Assembly (NCBI GenBank): GCA_032718475.1
Contig: JAUCBJ010007026.1
Coordinates: 1 to 52,642 of the forward strand
Direction: 5' to 3'
DNA from: Nemertoderma westbladi
Lineage: Eukaryota; Animalia; Xenacoelomorpha
DNA: 52,642 nt
A program made the position numbers and the translations under genes. How positions within the stretch are numbered: position 1 is the first letter of the stretch; the number at the start of each line of letters is the position of its first letter. Under the pieces are notes generated by a model. That model was not told where the DNA came from and searched no databases. It was given only the letters and a program-made list of their open reading frames with translations. Shown here piece after piece: positions 50,066 to 52,642 of this stretch.

Positions 50066-51201
50066 GTATTGGCCGAAAGGTATTATCGCTCCGAAAGCTA
50101 GTGACTGGGGGACTTGTCTTTGTGTGCGCTGCATTAATCCTCAGTTGATGGTGGAAAGCCTCATAAATTCAAAGTTGCTTCCACATGGTACCTCAGCTGA
50201 TGAGTTGTGTTGTCGGGAAAATTCAACTTGGTCAGATAACCTCGGTTCCGACCGAGCTATGATTAATGTTCAGTCTTGGGTGCAACAAGAATTTGATGGC
50301 AAGAAGACCTGGCGAAAGGTGGATAGGCAACTACGCTTAGGATCATTTATTCCCATTCTGTTGGAGGAATTAGCTGAGTTAAAGGAGCACATCGAACGTG
50401 TAATCTGCCAATTTCGGGCTGTCAAAGATGCTAAGAAGAGGTGTGCTGTGGACAGTATGATAGACTATCATGTATAGACTATCATTTGTACTATCATTGA
50501 TAGTACAAATAGATTGGAGTGAGAACTATAAGGTCCCACACCCTGCAGAAATTCATAGTGCCTATTATTCTCAAGAGAGTATTTCCTTAAATCCAATTAC
50601 ATGTATGTCCTGGAAAGGTGAGTCTGAATCTGCTGGGAAATCCTTTGCTGCCCTCAGTCTTGACACAAACCACCGAGCCCCAGCAGTATTTGCCAGCGTG
50701 TGCGAATTTCTCGAACAAGAGCTGAAAAACGAAAAGTTAAATGCGATTACAATAATTTCTGATTCACCTATGGCTCAATATCGGAATCGATTCATCGTGA
50801 ATCTTTTTCAAAGTTATGCTCAGGATAAAGCTATTTTACTACGATGGATTTATTTAGAAGCTGTGCACGGTAAGGGGCCTTCGGACGGGGTCGGTGGAAC
50901 ATTGAAACGTACACTGGATACAATTATAGGAATGAATGTTTCAAGCCTGACACCAGACTGCGATACTCTAGTTAATATTTTAAATACTCGGGTTAGGACA
51001 ACTATATTAACCTACACAACTTCAGACATTTTGAAGGCAGAGGAAAAGTTGATTCCACCTCCAGCTGCTATTATAGGCATTGGCAAATGCCATGAAATAC
51101 TCTTCGATCCAACTAATAGTCGCATTGTCCTGAAGACTACTTCATGTGGGCCTGCGTGTGAGAGCTACGATGTTTCATTCATGGGGAGATCCGCCCGTTG
51201 A
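50066..51201 (+). pseudogene. Sola2-type transposase remnant
   Basis: TCLCxxCxN, QIDWSENY, EIHSAYY, ISDSPMAQYRN, WIYLEAVHGKGPSDGVGGTLKR; reading frame broken near 50470 by local duplications; 5' part not visible. Confidence 0.75.
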
Positions 51202-52642
51202 ACTTAATTCCTATTGCAGATATTGAGGAAAACTGCTCGATGGAGATGACAGAAGAAGTAGATGAGGGTTCTGACTATGATGCACCATTTCTGGGGTTTG
51301 ATAACCACGAATAGGTGTCTAGGAGATTACTGAATAACTGTATGGTTTCTGAACTATTTCTTGAGTGCTATGAATAAAACTTATTGTACGGTACAGCTAA
51401 ATAATTAATCTGTTTAAAAACTTACGATACTGGTAATTGTTAATCTGGTAGGACTATTGTTATAATTGGAACTTGTTAATGGGCGGGCAACATCTCAATG
51501 CAGCAGTAATAATTATACATATTATATGGTATTTATAAATTTCCAATTACTGGGGGGGGGGGGGGGGGGGGTGGGCCATTTCGCAAAAGATAATGTAAGC
51601 CTAAGAATGTACAATTATATTGACATGCAATGCAATGTGTCGACTAAATGTCCACCATGTAACTGGAATTACAGGGTGGACACATTATTACAGGGTGGAC
51701 AACAGTTTTTGCCCTAAAACATTCGCCAGTGGAGTCCTTATGCTCGCTAATTGACTTCATTAAAATCGCCAGCTCAAGAGCTTTCGAATGATATATACTT
51801 TTCCCTATTTTGGAGTGACAAAAAAATTTGAAAAAGTAAACTATCCTTTGGGCGCTTTTTTGTGTTTTTACCCGCATGTGTATTTCCAAAAATATATTAC
51901 ACAGTATGGCACTATACATACTGCACTTAGACTTAACCAGACCACTAGGCTACTACAGTAGTATGTCCTAATACTGTATAGACATCCTTTATAATTCTGA
52001 ACCAGTGCCGGATTACGCAATGTGCACTTGCACAGAGGCCCCCCCACCACCCAATACTCAAAAAAATATTAAAAAAATAAACAGAAATAGACAGGTGTTT
52101 CGGACGTACAAGTTTCAGTGATTTATTAGTAGGATTAAAAAGTTTTCAGTTTGATGTGGGGCGAACCACAAAGTAACGTGGCATTTAGCGTAGGGTACCA
52201 TTAATCAACCTGCCGTTCTGTCGTGTCCAACTTTAAACGTTAATAACTCGATCAATTTGTACACAAATAGTCTGTCAAAAGTTTATAATTTTTTTCAAGT
52301 ATAATTTGTGTAGGGCCTTCGGACAGCACGTATTCGTGATCGGCATCCTCATAAAATCAGGTTGATTTAGTAATGATTTTTGATTATCAAATTTGTGCTA
52401 CTGGTATTTTTCGTGCACCACATTGACAGGTATCCCAAAATGCCGTCAACAAGGTACGATATTTTTCAGTGTCATATCTGTGATCAGCATCCCAAAAACC
52501 CATATATGGTCATAAAATCAATTTAATTTCGTGGTAATTTTTCATTAACATATTCCCATTATATGTTTTTTTTCGTGCCCCAGGGGGCACATTCAAAATT
52601 ACCAAAAAATGTTCTTGAATGTTATATTTGAGTTCTATAATC

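Overview
AT-rich eukaryotic (probably invertebrate animal) genomic DNA. The main feature is a 13-coding-exon PHRF1/SCAF11-family gene on the + strand (1462..35252) with an N-terminal RING finger and PHD finger, an RS/basic region and a C-terminal SRI-like domain. I reconstructed it by hand, and all introns are GT-AG and phase-consistent. Two of its splice donors lie inside tandem arrays made from the exon/intron junction itself: a 22-bp unit x~186 at exon 5, and in-frame 63/39/60-bp units at exon 8. Intron 9 holds a same-strand, single-ORF MIIP-like gene (27671..28984). Intron 7 holds a 58-bp satellite bounded by TTAA/inverted ends and a foldback element. Downstream lie a Sola2-like non-autonomous element filled with a 39-bp satellite, a decayed Gypsy (Mag-like) LTR retrotransposon cut at its RT active site by a tRNA-headed hammerhead-ribozyme unit, and a decayed Sola2-type transposase. 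MITE, Helentron-like, SINE and LINE fragments are scattered throughout. Family assignments come from remembered motifs, not from database searches.
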